A DNA stretch of 47,493 nt from a virus: IMG/VR virus record IMGVR_UViG_3300039412_000320. The stretch is one strand, 5' to 3'. Within the stretch, counting starts at the first letter, position 1; each line of letters opens with the position of its first letter. Under the pieces are notes generated by a model. The model was not told the DNA's origin. It did not search any database and was given only the letters and a program-made list of their open reading frames with translations. Below are positions 27,038 through 36,155 of this stretch, one piece after another. Position numbers and translations under genes: made by a program.

Positions 27038-27733
27038 TCACTTCTCCTCCTCAATCCCCCCATCCTTGTCCACGTTGTACATCCGCACACCGTGCTTATC
27101 AACAGTAAGAAAAGTACTGGGGATGTCCATCCAACACCCGGAGTTGTAATACATGACCTGCCCCTTTTTCTTACTTATCCGGTGGGTATGACCGCAGATG
27201 ATGTGCCGTCCCCTCATCTCCCCGTAGGCCAGAGCCTTCGTGGCAACCTCCGTAGACAGGCGGAGCCATTTCTTGCTAACCTTCTTGACGAACCGGCTGA
27301 ACCGATGAGTCTTCTTATCCATCATCTGCAACGTGAAGTAGATAGCGCACGCCACGTTAGTGACAGTCTTATACTTGTTGATGAAGTGGTCAAAGCGGTC
27401 GCCATGCTCGGCGTGGTATCTCTCCTCGCCTTCCTCCCATTCATACTCCTGCACAAGCTCTATGCCGAGCAAGTGGGCTACAACCTCTGCTACAGGGTCA
27501 TCGTGGTTTCCTTTCACCCATATGACCTTGGCGTGCTTGGTTAGCTTACGAAGATAGGATAGGAGTTTCCAATCCTCCTTTGTCAACCGGGTGAAAGCGA
27601 GGTCATTAAACAGGTCGCCATCTATCAACAAGGTGTCGAACTCCACCTTATCCAGAAGTTCTATGAGTTCTCTCGCCCGGCTTACAGGAGAACCGACATG
27701 GATATCTAACACTACGAGGATGTGGGTTTTCAA
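27038..27733 (-). CDS. calcineurin-like metallophosphoesterase, 231 aa
   Basis: It carries the ordered motifs DIHVG, DGDL, GNHD and GHTH. Confidence 0.75.
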   Translation of the reverse strand: MKTHILVVLDIHVGSPVSRARELIELLDKVEFDTLLIDGDLFNDLAFTRLTKEDWKLLSYLRKLTKHAKVIWVKGNHDDPVAEVVAHLLGIELVQEYEWEEGEERYHAEHGDRFDHFINKYKTVTNVACAIYFTLQMMDKKTHRFSRFVKKVSKKWLRLSTEVATKALAYGEMRGRHIICGHTHRISKKKGQVMYYNSGCWMDIPSTFLTVDKHGVRMYNVDKDGGIEEEK

Positions 27734-27735
27734 AA

Positions 27736-28188
27736 TTAGTCCTTACCCCGTTTGGCTTCCGCCATCAGGATGGCAATGAAGTAATCAATGATTTGGTCCC
27801 ACTCAAAGTTCTCGCAGAAGATGAGCAACTTGCCTTTGAAGGTGGTGCAGTTCGCCTTGTGAGGCCGGTCATCAATCAGGAAGTCCCCATGGTCGCCGAG
27901 CAGGCCCTTGTCATGCGTCAGGATGATGTGACGCTGCATCTCAGGCATGTGGTTCAACACCCACTGCGCCTTCTCAGCGTAGGCGTGCGACACGCCCGTA
28001 GGCGGCTTGGTAGCGATGATGGGTTCGTATCCCATCTTGGCAAGATGTCGGATAGCGGCGACGGCTCCGGGGATTTCCTCCATAGCGAGGTACGCCCCCG
28101 GCTGCATCTTAATCCACTCACCCGGCTTGCCGTGTTCCCGCTTGTAGCGGTCGAAGTCCACCACGACACCGTCAAGGTCAATGAATAT
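27736..28188 (-). CDS. HAD-superfamily 5'(3')-deoxyribonucleotidase-like protein; start unresolved
   Basis: The HAD motif I (IDLDGVVVDFD) lies upstream of the first GTG and upstream of the track start at 28164. The reading frame is open back to a TGA at 28189..28191. An in-frame ATG AAT precedes that TGA. The upstream gene stop overlaps at ATTGAC. Confidence 0.5.
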   Translation of the reverse strand: MFIDLDGVVVDFDRYKREHGKPGEWIKMQPGAYLAMEEIPGAVAAIRHLAKMGYEPIIATKPPTGVSHAYAEKAQWVLNHMPEMQRHIILTHDKGLLGDHGDFLIDDRPHKANCTTFKGKLLIFCENFEWDQIIDYFIAILMAEAKRGKD

Positions 28189-28426
28189 TCAATTCATTTT
28201 CTCCACCTTTCCCGTAAGCCTGACACTCCGCACAAGTAAAGACTCTCCACCTGAAATGCTGGCAATGGCAATTATGCCCAAGGCAATCAATGTGCTTGCC
28301 TTCTTTACAAGGCGGGCATACCACGTGCCCGGTCATTATGGCGTTGCACTCTGCGTCATCACATTCGCAGTAATGCCCCACACACATGAAGTGGTTGCCT
28401 CGCTCACAGCCTTCGCAGAGCCGCAT
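28178..28426 (-). CDS. Cys/His-rich zinc-finger protein, 82 aa
   Basis: It contains many CxxC and HxxC pairs (CEGCERGNHFMC...CPPCKEG...CAEC). Confidence 0.5.
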   Translation of the reverse strand: MRLCEGCERGNHFMCVGHYCECDDAECNAIMTGHVVCPPCKEGKHIDCLGHNCHCQHFRWRVFTCAECQAYGKGGENELNIH

Positions 28427-28433
28427 ACGCCCC

Positions 28434-29270
28434 CTATTCCTCTCTCACAAACTGTCCGGCAAGCTCTTTGAGACGCCCCCGGAACCGATTGAACTCCTTC
28501 TGGTCAATACCAAGCTGGTGACCAGAATGCAAGCCGGACTGGACTTCTTTCTCGGTCGCCAACCAGTCACAGGTGGTACACCAAAAACGCCGGGTATCCG
28601 CAAAGCTGCCCCCGGAGCGAAGAACGGCGGTCAAAAGCGGGGCAACCTCCGGGTTCCTATCAACAACAAAGTCAATGAACTCCCCGGTAAACATTTGGTC
28701 GTCCTGCGATTTGGCTTCCTTATCAGTGCCCAAGGAAAGCTCGGTGGAATTCTTGTAGACGTACTCGTCCACACCACCCGACTGCATGATGAATTCGTCC
28801 TGTTCCGCTGCCGACAAAGACACGTTATCCATACGGCTCAAGGGGTTGCGGAAGAATTTGCTTCCCACTGTGAGAAACTTCCGCATGAGGCACACGTTCA
28901 GGAAGTGACGGAACCGGCGCTCGCTCGCTCCATACTGACGGAAGGGGTCGAACACCTGCACAAGGTCTGTCTTGCCCGCATCCCGGTGCTTGGATTCGTC
29001 AGGAAGAGATTGTAGGTGGATAAGAAGGTCCTGTGTCCAATCCTCTACTTCATTGTTCGGCTGAGTGGACAGGCGCTTCTTGACCCAATTGCGAACCATG
29101 GTCGGGAACCGCTCGTAGAACTCCACAAAGTTCTTGGGAACTACGAAACCATCATCCCCGATGTAGTGCCCGTCTTTGGCAATGTAAATGATGTCCCCCG
29201 TATACCCGTCTTGAGTAGCTACCACCGCTCCCTCGGGTGGAGGTACGGTGGGAGCAAAAACAACCTTCAT
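28434..29270 (-). CDS. hypothetical protein, 278 aa; weak resemblance to ECF sigma region 2
   Basis: The segment DLVQVFDPFRQYG...FRHFLNVCLMRKF resembles sigma region 2.1/2.2. This is speculative. Confidence 0.55.
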   Translation of the reverse strand: MKVVFAPTVPPPEGAVVATQDGYTGDIIYIAKDGHYIGDDGFVVPKNFVEFYERFPTMVRNWVKKRLSTQPNNEVEDWTQDLLIHLQSLPDESKHRDAGKTDLVQVFDPFRQYGASERRFRHFLNVCLMRKFLTVGSKFFRNPLSRMDNVSLSAAEQDEFIMQSGGVDEYVYKNSTELSLGTDKEAKSQDDQMFTGEFIDFVVDRNPEVAPLLTAVLRSGGSFADTRRFWCTTCDWLATEKEVQSGLHSGHQLGIDQKEFNRFRGRLKELAGQFVREE

Positions 29271-29314
29271 TGGAGCTTGTTTGATTTTACCCTAAGTCTC
29301 TTGTTTTAAGGTAA

Positions 29315-30055
29315 TTAGCCATCCTCCAGAGGAGCGGGTGCGACCGGTTCCGTCTTGGGAACCTGTCCCGTCTCTGGAGGATGCTTGAGGTAATAGGTAG
29401 CTTCAAACTCCGCTTTGGGAATAGGAGGAAGCCCCTTGTTCTTGCGCAGAAGATTTGCCTGCGCCCACAACTTACGGCACTTGTAATGAACGCTCTCCGT
29501 GTCGCTCTTGTAGGTCGCCGGACGACCACCCTTCCGGGGCGGCTTAGGCACTTTGACTTTCGTGGGTTTCCTACCCCGCTTGGGTTTCTCAGGCGGTGGT
29601 TGTGGCGGCGGTGGGTCACCCGGCTGAGTCCATGGAGCAGGCGGCGGCTCGGGGACGGTTTCTTCCACCGGCTCCGGGACCACCACTGGTTCAGGGGGAA
29701 CCTCTATCACCGGTTCAGGAGTAACTTCAATTACCGGCTCCGGGGTTGGGGCAGGCGGAACGGCTGGTGCTGCCTCGGGAATCTGTATAGGCACAATGCC
29801 CGGAAGAACAACAGGTGGGGTGGGTACAACTTCCTCCACAATGGGTCCAAAATGCCAATCGGATATGATGGCCGGTGTGGGGGTTTTAACCAAACCGGTC
29901 AATTCGTTGAGAACCTCGGCCTTGACTTCATCTTTAAGCTGCTGCTTAAGCTTCATCAAAAAGGGAGCTAGAAGCGAGAGCAACTCATTGATTTCAGGCG
30001 GGTACTCCTCGGGAACAAGCCTAATGATAGGTGGACCCTTGCGAGTAATTTCCAT
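29315..30055 (-). CDS. proline-rich protein with AT-hook-like KRGRKP / RKGGRP motifs
   Basis: The likely start is the ATG at 30055 behind SD GGGAGGA. The longer GTG-initiated form reaching 30193 is unsupported. It contains PEPVIEV tandem repeats. Confidence 0.5.
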   Translation of the reverse strand: MEITRKGPPIIRLVPEEYPPEINELLSLLAPFLMKLKQQLKDEVKAEVLNELTGLVKTPTPAIISDWHFGPIVEEVVPTPPVVLPGIVPIQIPEAAPAVPPAPTPEPVIEVTPEPVIEVPPEPVVVPEPVEETVPEPPPAPWTQPGDPPPPQPPPEKPKRGRKPTKVKVPKPPRKGGRPATYKSDTESVHYKCRKLWAQANLLRKNKGLPPIPKAEFEATYYLKHPPETGQVPKTEPVAPAPLEDG

Positions 30056-30229
30056 ACTCAATCCTCCCAAGCTAATAGTGGATACCGGGGAATAAAGACA
30101 CTCCCGGCTAATAATAATACCAGAGAAATCATGGAAAAATCGGCAATTCCTTAGACGCATCAGAGGCGCATAAAGTTTCACCCTCCTTTCCACGGACTGC
30201 CAAGCAGCCCGGAAAACATCTTCCCACTT

Positions 30230-30244
30230 ACAGTATACCTCGAA
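30230..30244 (-). promoter_or_regulatory. Conserved promoter element, copy 4 (AGG variant)
   Basis: The minus strand reads TTTCGAGGTATACTGTAAGTGGGAAG ATG. A 13-codon uORF follows, and the main ATG is 170 nt downstream. Confidence 0.4.
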
Positions 30245-30299
30245 ATTGGGGTAAAAAACCGAAATTTTAACTACCTACCCCATCTAATAGGAGAGTGTC

Positions 30300-30596
30300 A
30301 TGGGTAAGCTGCGGATGCAAGTGCCCTTTGGACTAGAAACATCAAGGCTTTTCAACTTTCTACCCTCCTCGGGAATCCCGAGGGAGTTGTTGCGTAAAGC
30401 TGCCTCTCTCGGGCTTTCCCGCTGTGCTGGGAACACGTTCATCTGCGAAAGCAGCAAGGACTTCTGGCAGATACGGGGCAACAAAATTGTTCGGCTGGTA
30501 GGAGATGAGGTTGATAACGGTGACCATCTCCCGGCTGCACCGGAAGACAATCCGGCTGGTTTTATGGATGAAATATTGGGAGATTTAACCTTTTAG
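30300..30596 (+). CDS. hypothetical protein, 98 aa
   Basis: An SD (AGGAGAG) precedes the start. Confidence 0.45.
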   Translation: MGKLRMQVPFGLETSRLFNFLPSSGIPRELLRKAASLGLSRCAGNTFICESSKDFWQIRGNKIVRLVGDEVDNGDHLPAAPEDNPAGFMDEILGDLTF

Positions 30597-30647
30597 CCTT
30601 GTAAAGTAAAAATGGACTTTCCACAGTGTTATTAAAGGAGAGTTCAA

Positions 30648-31346
30648 ATGTTTATCTATTTGATTGTTAATCATAAGACTGGAAAGTACTATGTCGGTCA
30701 GCATAAAGGAAGGAATCTAAGGGCTTACTTGCAACGGAAGTTGTCCGCTGCAAAACACAATGAAGGAAAGGGTGGTTCTTATTTATTCGCTTCCATGCGC
30801 AAGCACCCGGACCCCCAAGTCTGGTCCATTCATGCCCTTCGTTCGGATATCCAGACCCGTGAGGAGCTTGATGAGTGCGAACGGGAGTTCATTCGGTTTT
30901 TGCGGGCGCAAGACCCCGAGTATGGATATAACATCTGCCGGGGAGGGGAGGGGTTTACGGGACCACATAACCCATCTTTTGGAATTAACCAAAGCCGTAT
31001 CATGAAAGAAATTTGGGAACGACCAGATTTCCGGGAAAAGATGGCAAAAAGAAAAGGACGTTTGGGGAGTAAAGCTTCGGAGAAAACACGAGAGAGGTTG
31101 AGACTCAGTCATTTAGGTATAAAGCCCACAACAGATGCTTTGAAAAAACGGGCTGAAACAAGGAAGTTGAAAGGAATAAGGTCGCCAATGTTAGGAAGAC
31201 ACCACTCGAATGAAACTAGAAAGAAGATGGTTGAAGCTCATTCCCATAGAGTGTGGTCCGATGAACAAAGGGAATCTCTTGCTATTAGGATGCGTGAAGT
31301 GAGAAAACTAAGTCCAAGAGGAAACAAGGGAGTGGAGGCGGTATAA
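30648..31346 (+). CDS. GIY-YIG homing endonuclease
   Basis: It starts MFIYLIVNHKTGKYYVGQHKG, carries EYGYNICRGGEGFTGP and has a basic C-terminal tail. Confidence 0.85.
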   Translation: MFIYLIVNHKTGKYYVGQHKGRNLRAYLQRKLSAAKHNEGKGGSYLFASMRKHPDPQVWSIHALRSDIQTREELDECEREFIRFLRAQDPEYGYNICRGGEGFTGPHNPSFGINQSRIMKEIWERPDFREKMAKRKGRLGSKASEKTRERLRLSHLGIKPTTDALKKRAETRKLKGIRSPMLGRHHSNETRKKMVEAHSHRVWSDEQRESLAIRMREVRKLSPRGNKGVEAV

Positions 31347-31347
31347 G

Positions 31348-32994
31348 ATGGCACAACAAAAGGTTTATAGTTCAATCATTGACGAATTTCTCTCAGACCG
31401 GAAACCCGACTGGGATTTGGTCGGTCTCAAGGACGCCGTAAAGTCTGGCGAGGAGCAACAGGACCGTACCCAGCAGTACGTTGATGAGAGTTTCCTTGAC
31501 GACCTCGCCGGGGAGTCCAAGCATACCGAACTTCCGTCCGACTCTAAGTCCGCCACGCTCCTCAACCGTATGGCAGAGAAGGAAGCGGCCCTCCCCCGGC
31601 TGGGTGCCGGACAAACGGGAAGGACCCGGCTCGCCACTCATGCCGAGGACTACAAGAATGAACGGGGCAGCGATGAATCTCTATTCGATGAAATCACCAT
31701 GGACTTCGAGAAGGCCCACAGTGAAGCAACCTCCAAGGATGAGCATGGACGGGAAGGGGTCGCCAACCGTAACCGGTCTGACGCCGAAATCCTTGCCTAT
31801 GTGAAGAAACTCCTCAATCAAGGAACGCCGCCCGCACGGGTTGCCGCCCTTGTTCAGAAAGTCGCTGAAATCGAGCTTCTGGACAAAAAGGACAACATGG
31901 GGATGTCCTATCTGAATAATAACGCCGGGGTTCTGGGCCTCGCCTACATGGAACCCGGTTCCTCCGAGGGTTTCCTCCCCAACTCCCAGATGGACATGGA
32001 AAGCCCGGCCTACGAGAAGAACAACCAAGTCATCGCCTCGGAAAAGAAGAACTTCTGCCGTCACTGCAACAAGGAAGTCAAGCCGAAGTTCCGGGACGCC
32101 GTAGCGCTCTGCCCGGAATGCTCCAAGCCGGTGTTCACCATCCCCAAGCAGGGGTCTCGACCGGTAAGCTCCGCCGACTGCGTCCGGCAGTTCAACGCTT
32201 GGAAAGCCGCAGGAATCAAGCCCCGTGCCGCCTCCGTGAAGAAGGTAGCCGGGTGCGAGGGCTGCGCTTTCTTTAAGGCCAAGACTTGCAACCTCTACCA
32301 CCTACCCGTGGTAGCAAATGCCAAGGAGCTTGCCACGGTTGTCAACCGGCTGACCGCAGGCGTGCCAGCCGGGTCCAAGAAAGCGGCTTTGGTCGCTCTT
32401 GCCAACCGGGATGGTATGCGGGTAGAACCCAAGCACTTTGCCAACCGTCAGGTTCAGAAGACCTCGGCAAAGACCATAGAGAGCCTACGGGTGGAGAGGG
32501 AAGAACAGCACAAGACAGCCTCCGCTCCATTCACTGTCGCTACCATTGAAAAGATGCACAAGGAAGGAAAGTCCCTTGAGTCCATCTACCAGCATGGTAT
32601 CAATAAGATAGGGTCGGTACACGCCGGGAGAGCAATCAAGGAATTCGTCGCCTCTCTTAAGGCGAAGGGCCTCAAGATTGCCCTTTCTCAAATCGACTGC
32701 AAACTCCTTAAGCAGAAGCTTGCGGTCAACAACGCCATCATCGGAGCGGTCAAGTGCGCCGATTGCGTCTACCGGCAAGATATGCACTGCGGGTTGACGG
32801 GCGGAACCTTGGTATCCTTCCCCGGTATGGAAAAGACGGGAAAGGTAGCCTCGGCAAAGGCTCCCACCGATGCCAAGAAGCTCATGGAAGAGTATGACTT
32901 GACTTCCCGGAGTGAGGTGGGGGATATCGAATACAACACCCCCGAGCGGCTTGATGTAGAGATAGGCAATGTGCCCACAGCAGGAGATATCTAA
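31348..32994 (+). CDS. hypothetical protein, 548 aa, with zinc-ribbon motifs
   Basis: It is a long clean ORF behind SD GGAGG, with CRHCNKE...CPECSKP. Confidence 0.7.
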   Translation: MAQQKVYSSIIDEFLSDRKPDWDLVGLKDAVKSGEEQQDRTQQYVDESFLDDLAGESKHTELPSDSKSATLLNRMAEKEAALPRLGAGQTGRTRLATHAEDYKNERGSDESLFDEITMDFEKAHSEATSKDEHGREGVANRNRSDAEILAYVKKLLNQGTPPARVAALVQKVAEIELLDKKDNMGMSYLNNNAGVLGLAYMEPGSSEGFLPNSQMDMESPAYEKNNQVIASEKKNFCRHCNKEVKPKFRDAVALCPECSKPVFTIPKQGSRPVSSADCVRQFNAWKAAGIKPRAASVKKVAGCEGCAFFKAKTCNLYHLPVVANAKELATVVNRLTAGVPAGSKKAALVALANRDGMRVEPKHFANRQVQKTSAKTIESLRVEREEQHKTASAPFTVATIEKMHKEGKSLESIYQHGINKIGSVHAGRAIKEFVASLKAKGLKIALSQIDCKLLKQKLAVNNAIIGAVKCADCVYRQDMHCGLTGGTLVSFPGMEKTGKVASAKAPTDAKKLMEEYDLTSRSEVGDIEYNTPERLDVEIGNVPTAGDI

Positions 32995-33614
32995 TGGAAG
33001 AGTTGGGAACAATACCGGAGATGGAAAAACCACAGGAGCCAGTGGAAGCCAAGGTGGAATCCACGGCAGAGATAAAGCCCATCGACTTCGATGAGGCTGG
33101 AAACTTCAAGGCTCCCGTATCTTTGGACGTTAAGGTCCTATCCAATGGTCAAATTGTAGAGAGTCTCAAGGCACCAGAGGATATGACCCTAATGGACAAA
33201 GTCCGGGATATGCTCCGGGACCCCGAAGCTGACCCTTCCGAGACCTGCCGCTTAATCACACAGGTCATTCACGATGTCAGCGCCGGGTTGGTCAAGCTTC
33301 GTAACGATGCCACTATGAGTGAGTCGTGGAAGCTACGGACTTACACGGAAGCGGTCAAGGGTCTCAAAGAAGAGCGGGCGTCCATTATGGACACGGAAGC
33401 TCTCAGCAAGCGGGACATCTTCAACTTTGACGGTCCCAAGGTGGGTTTTTATACCTCAACCTTACTCGCATGGTTTACCGAGGCTATGAAAGCGGCGGGT
33501 GTTCATGAAGAGGCGAGAAACGGTGTAATGAAAAATTTTCGTGATATTTCTGAAATTAAAGAACCCGCTCTACGAAGGGATATATTGCAATTGGGGAATT
33601 TGAAAAGACGGTAG
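32994..33614 (+). CDS. hypothetical protein, 206 aa
   Basis: The start overlaps the upstream stop (TAATG). Confidence 0.6.
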   Translation: MEELGTIPEMEKPQEPVEAKVESTAEIKPIDFDEAGNFKAPVSLDVKVLSNGQIVESLKAPEDMTLMDKVRDMLRDPEADPSETCRLITQVIHDVSAGLVKLRNDATMSESWKLRTYTEAVKGLKEERASIMDTEALSKRDIFNFDGPKVGFYTSTLLAWFTEAMKAAGVHEEARNGVMKNFRDISEIKEPALRRDILQLGNLKRR

Positions 33615-33625
33615 GAGGAAATAGG

Positions 33626-34303
33626 GTGACCAAGGAACGTTACAGGAAGAATATAGCTGCGGGACTCTGCGGTCGATGTGGTCAGACCGCTATTATTGGT
33701 GAAACTTCCTGTCAAAGATGTAAGGACAAGAATAAAGCGGTAAAAGAAGAACGGGTGAAGGCTGGATTATGCACAGCATGTTCAAACTTAGCCAAGCCGG
33801 GTAAAATTCATTGTCAGGTACACTTGGACATGAAAAACAAAAATGCGAGGATACGACAAACTAAGCTTATAAAACAAGGACTTTGTAGGCGATGTTACGC
33901 CCCTGTCTCAGACCGTAATAAAGTTTACTGCAATAGCTGTGCTGAGTCTTCTAGACTTCGCCATAAAGAATGGCATTTTAACCTAAAACTCCAAATAATA
34001 AAAGGTTATGGAGGTAGGTGCTCATGTCCCGGATGTGAAATTACAACCCCTGAGTTTCTGACTCTTGACCATATAAACAATGATGGGTCTAAACTTAGGA
34101 AGTTGTTTGGAAACAAAAAAATTGGAGCCTCGCTTTACCAGCGGCTCATCAAAGAGCGGTTCCCAAAAGACACCTATCAACTATTATGTTTTAACTGCAA
34201 TAGTGCAAAATCGTTTTTCGGAAGATGTCCGCATATGGCACAAGTTAATTTTTCCATAGCGGAAGAAGGAGAATCAAAATGCCAGTTAGCGGCAATAGCA
34301 TAA
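33626..34303 (+). CDS. HNH homing endonuclease
   Basis: It carries LTLDHINNDGSK...LLCFNCNSAK and multiple CxxC pairs. The GTG start sits behind SD AGGAGG. Confidence 0.8.
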   Translation: MTKERYRKNIAAGLCGRCGQTAIIGETSCQRCKDKNKAVKEERVKAGLCTACSNLAKPGKIHCQVHLDMKNKNARIRQTKLIKQGLCRRCYAPVSDRNKVYCNSCAESSRLRHKEWHFNLKLQIIKGYGGRCSCPGCEITTPEFLTLDHINNDGSKLRKLFGNKKIGASLYQRLIKERFPKDTYQLLCFNCNSAKSFFGRCPHMAQVNFSIAEEGESKCQLAAIA

Positions 34304-36153
34304 ACGCAAAGAGTTTTCAGAGCTTTCAAGTAAGCGAGGAGTTGCTCCAGAAGGTCACTGAGGCAACCGTTCAAGGAGAAAAGAAGGCCCGTTCTTCTGG
34401 AGATGTTATCTCTTTTGAACTTTTCTACCTTGGTTTCCGACAGAACATTTCCATAGGTCGTCTATTCGTTATTCCTGCAAGTATTTGTTCTAAGCCCAAG
34501 GATTTCCCTATTGCCCTCCTTTACGGGACAGTGGTGAAATTGCTCAATCTCGGCAGCGAGGCGGCGGACCTTATCGCCATGCAGACCGGCAGTGAGTTCG
34601 ATGAAGAGGAAGATGTCAAAGCTCATCTCACCTCCCTCAAGGAGAAGGCATTCACCACCGAGGATGGTAAGGAAGTATCCCTTATCCTCTTTGCCCCCAA
34701 CTGGGTGGGAATCCGGGAGTACGTGGCCTTCCAGTTCACCGATGACGAAGAGAAGCTCCGTAACCTCCTCCGTCACTTGGTATTCTGCGTCTATTACAAC
34801 CCTGCGGTCTCCAGTGGGTTCGATGCTTTGATGACCACGGCGGACACGTGGAAGCTGGATGTCACCGACATCACGCCGAAGCTGACCTACCCGGCCATTA
34901 CGGAAAGTCCCTTCCGGGCCTACCCGGAACTGCTCAAGGCGGCAAGCAGCAAGAAGCGCATTTTCCTCACCGCCAAGACGGCGGACGCTATCGCCAAGGA
35001 ACAGCTTGAGCCTGCGGAGATGGACGCCTTCCAAGCACTGGAGGATGCTCTCGGCGGAGCCTTGACCAAGACCAAGGCACCGGAGGATGCCGCCGACAAG
35101 GACTATAAGAAGCCCGCCGTGGGAGCAGAAGTTCCCAAGTCGGATGAGGGCACCGGGACCAAGAAGGCCGACTACAAAGAGGGTCCTTATACCGTCAAAC
35201 CCATGCCCAGCACGCCGATGAGCAACGAGGAGATGCAGGGACAAATGGATTACGTCGGCACCATGTTGGACGGCGTTGAAACCGTCCCCGAGGATGAACT
35301 GGAGTGGACGCCGGAATACCGCAGCCGGATGTTCAAGGAGAAGGATGGTTCCAAGAAGGCGGATTTTCCGGGGCATCCCGAGCCACAAGACGGAAGTGTG
35401 GTAGTCAAGCAGGATGGTCAAATCAAGGCCGGTCCATTCAGCATGAATGAGGCTCTGGATTGGATTATGGATGACCAAGCCAATGGTATTGGTCTCAGCC
35501 GGGGAGGATACGAAATTGAGGAAGCCGGGGCGGAGGAAGCGGCTCCCATGATGCATCCGCCTGAAATGGCGATAGCCTCCAAGTTGGGCTACGCCCGCAA
35601 GCGGGCACGCACGGGGGACTTCTTCTTGGATTCCTACATCGAAACCGCACTATGGTCCAGCAATGATGAGAGCACCCCGCAGGGCGGCGAGCCTATAGAC
35701 AAGAACTACGGGCCGCAGGACCTTGCTCTCGAGACCGTTGAGGCAATGCGGGAGGATTGCGAGGCGTTTCAGAACAACAATCAGGAACTCATCAATCGGG
35801 CAGTGACCGAGGATGGGGCATCTTTCCCACAGGTTGCTCATGACTTCTGGCTGACCCGCAATGGGCACGGAGCCGGATTTTGGGACGGTGACTACCCCAT
35901 AACGGGGAATGAACTCACCAAAGCTTCCAAGGTTTTCGGTGAAGCCAATCTTTACATCGGTGATGATGGCATGATTTACCAATACGAATCTTCACACGGC
36001 GAAGTGCCGGTACGTGCCAGCAAGAAGACGGCTGACACCGCTGACAACCCGTCCAATGAAGCGGGGGGGAAGAACCCCATTCACCCCAAGACGGATGCTG
36101 AGAAGGCCAACACTCGGGGTAAGACTCCCGAGATGGCACCCGAAGGGTATTAA
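34279..36153 (+). CDS. hypothetical protein, 624 aa; the C-terminus carries the ADTADNP..NE.GG..PKTD.EK module
   Basis: An SD (GAAGGAG) precedes the start. The antisense 364-aa ORF was rejected. Confidence 0.7.
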   Translation: MPVSGNSINAKSFQSFQVSEELLQKVTEATVQGEKKARSSGDVISFELFYLGFRQNISIGRLFVIPASICSKPKDFPIALLYGTVVKLLNLGSEAADLIAMQTGSEFDEEEDVKAHLTSLKEKAFTTEDGKEVSLILFAPNWVGIREYVAFQFTDDEEKLRNLLRHLVFCVYYNPAVSSGFDALMTTADTWKLDVTDITPKLTYPAITESPFRAYPELLKAASSKKRIFLTAKTADAIAKEQLEPAEMDAFQALEDALGGALTKTKAPEDAADKDYKKPAVGAEVPKSDEGTGTKKADYKEGPYTVKPMPSTPMSNEEMQGQMDYVGTMLDGVETVPEDELEWTPEYRSRMFKEKDGSKKADFPGHPEPQDGSVVVKQDGQIKAGPFSMNEALDWIMDDQANGIGLSRGGYEIEEAGAEEAAPMMHPPEMAIASKLGYARKRARTGDFFLDSYIETALWSSNDESTPQGGEPIDKNYGPQDLALETVEAMREDCEAFQNNNQELINRAVTEDGASFPQVAHDFWLTRNGHGAGFWDGDYPITGNELTKASKVFGEANLYIGDDGMIYQYESSHGEVPVRASKKTADTADNPSNEAGGKNPIHPKTDAEKANTRGKTPEMAPEGY

Positions 36154-36155
36154 AC

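Noticed and set aside
34462-35556. A 364-aa minus-strand ORF.
   Set aside because: It is antisense to the well-supported 624-aa plus gene, which has an SD, start/stop coupling and a conserved C-terminal module. This is typical shadow-ORF composition.
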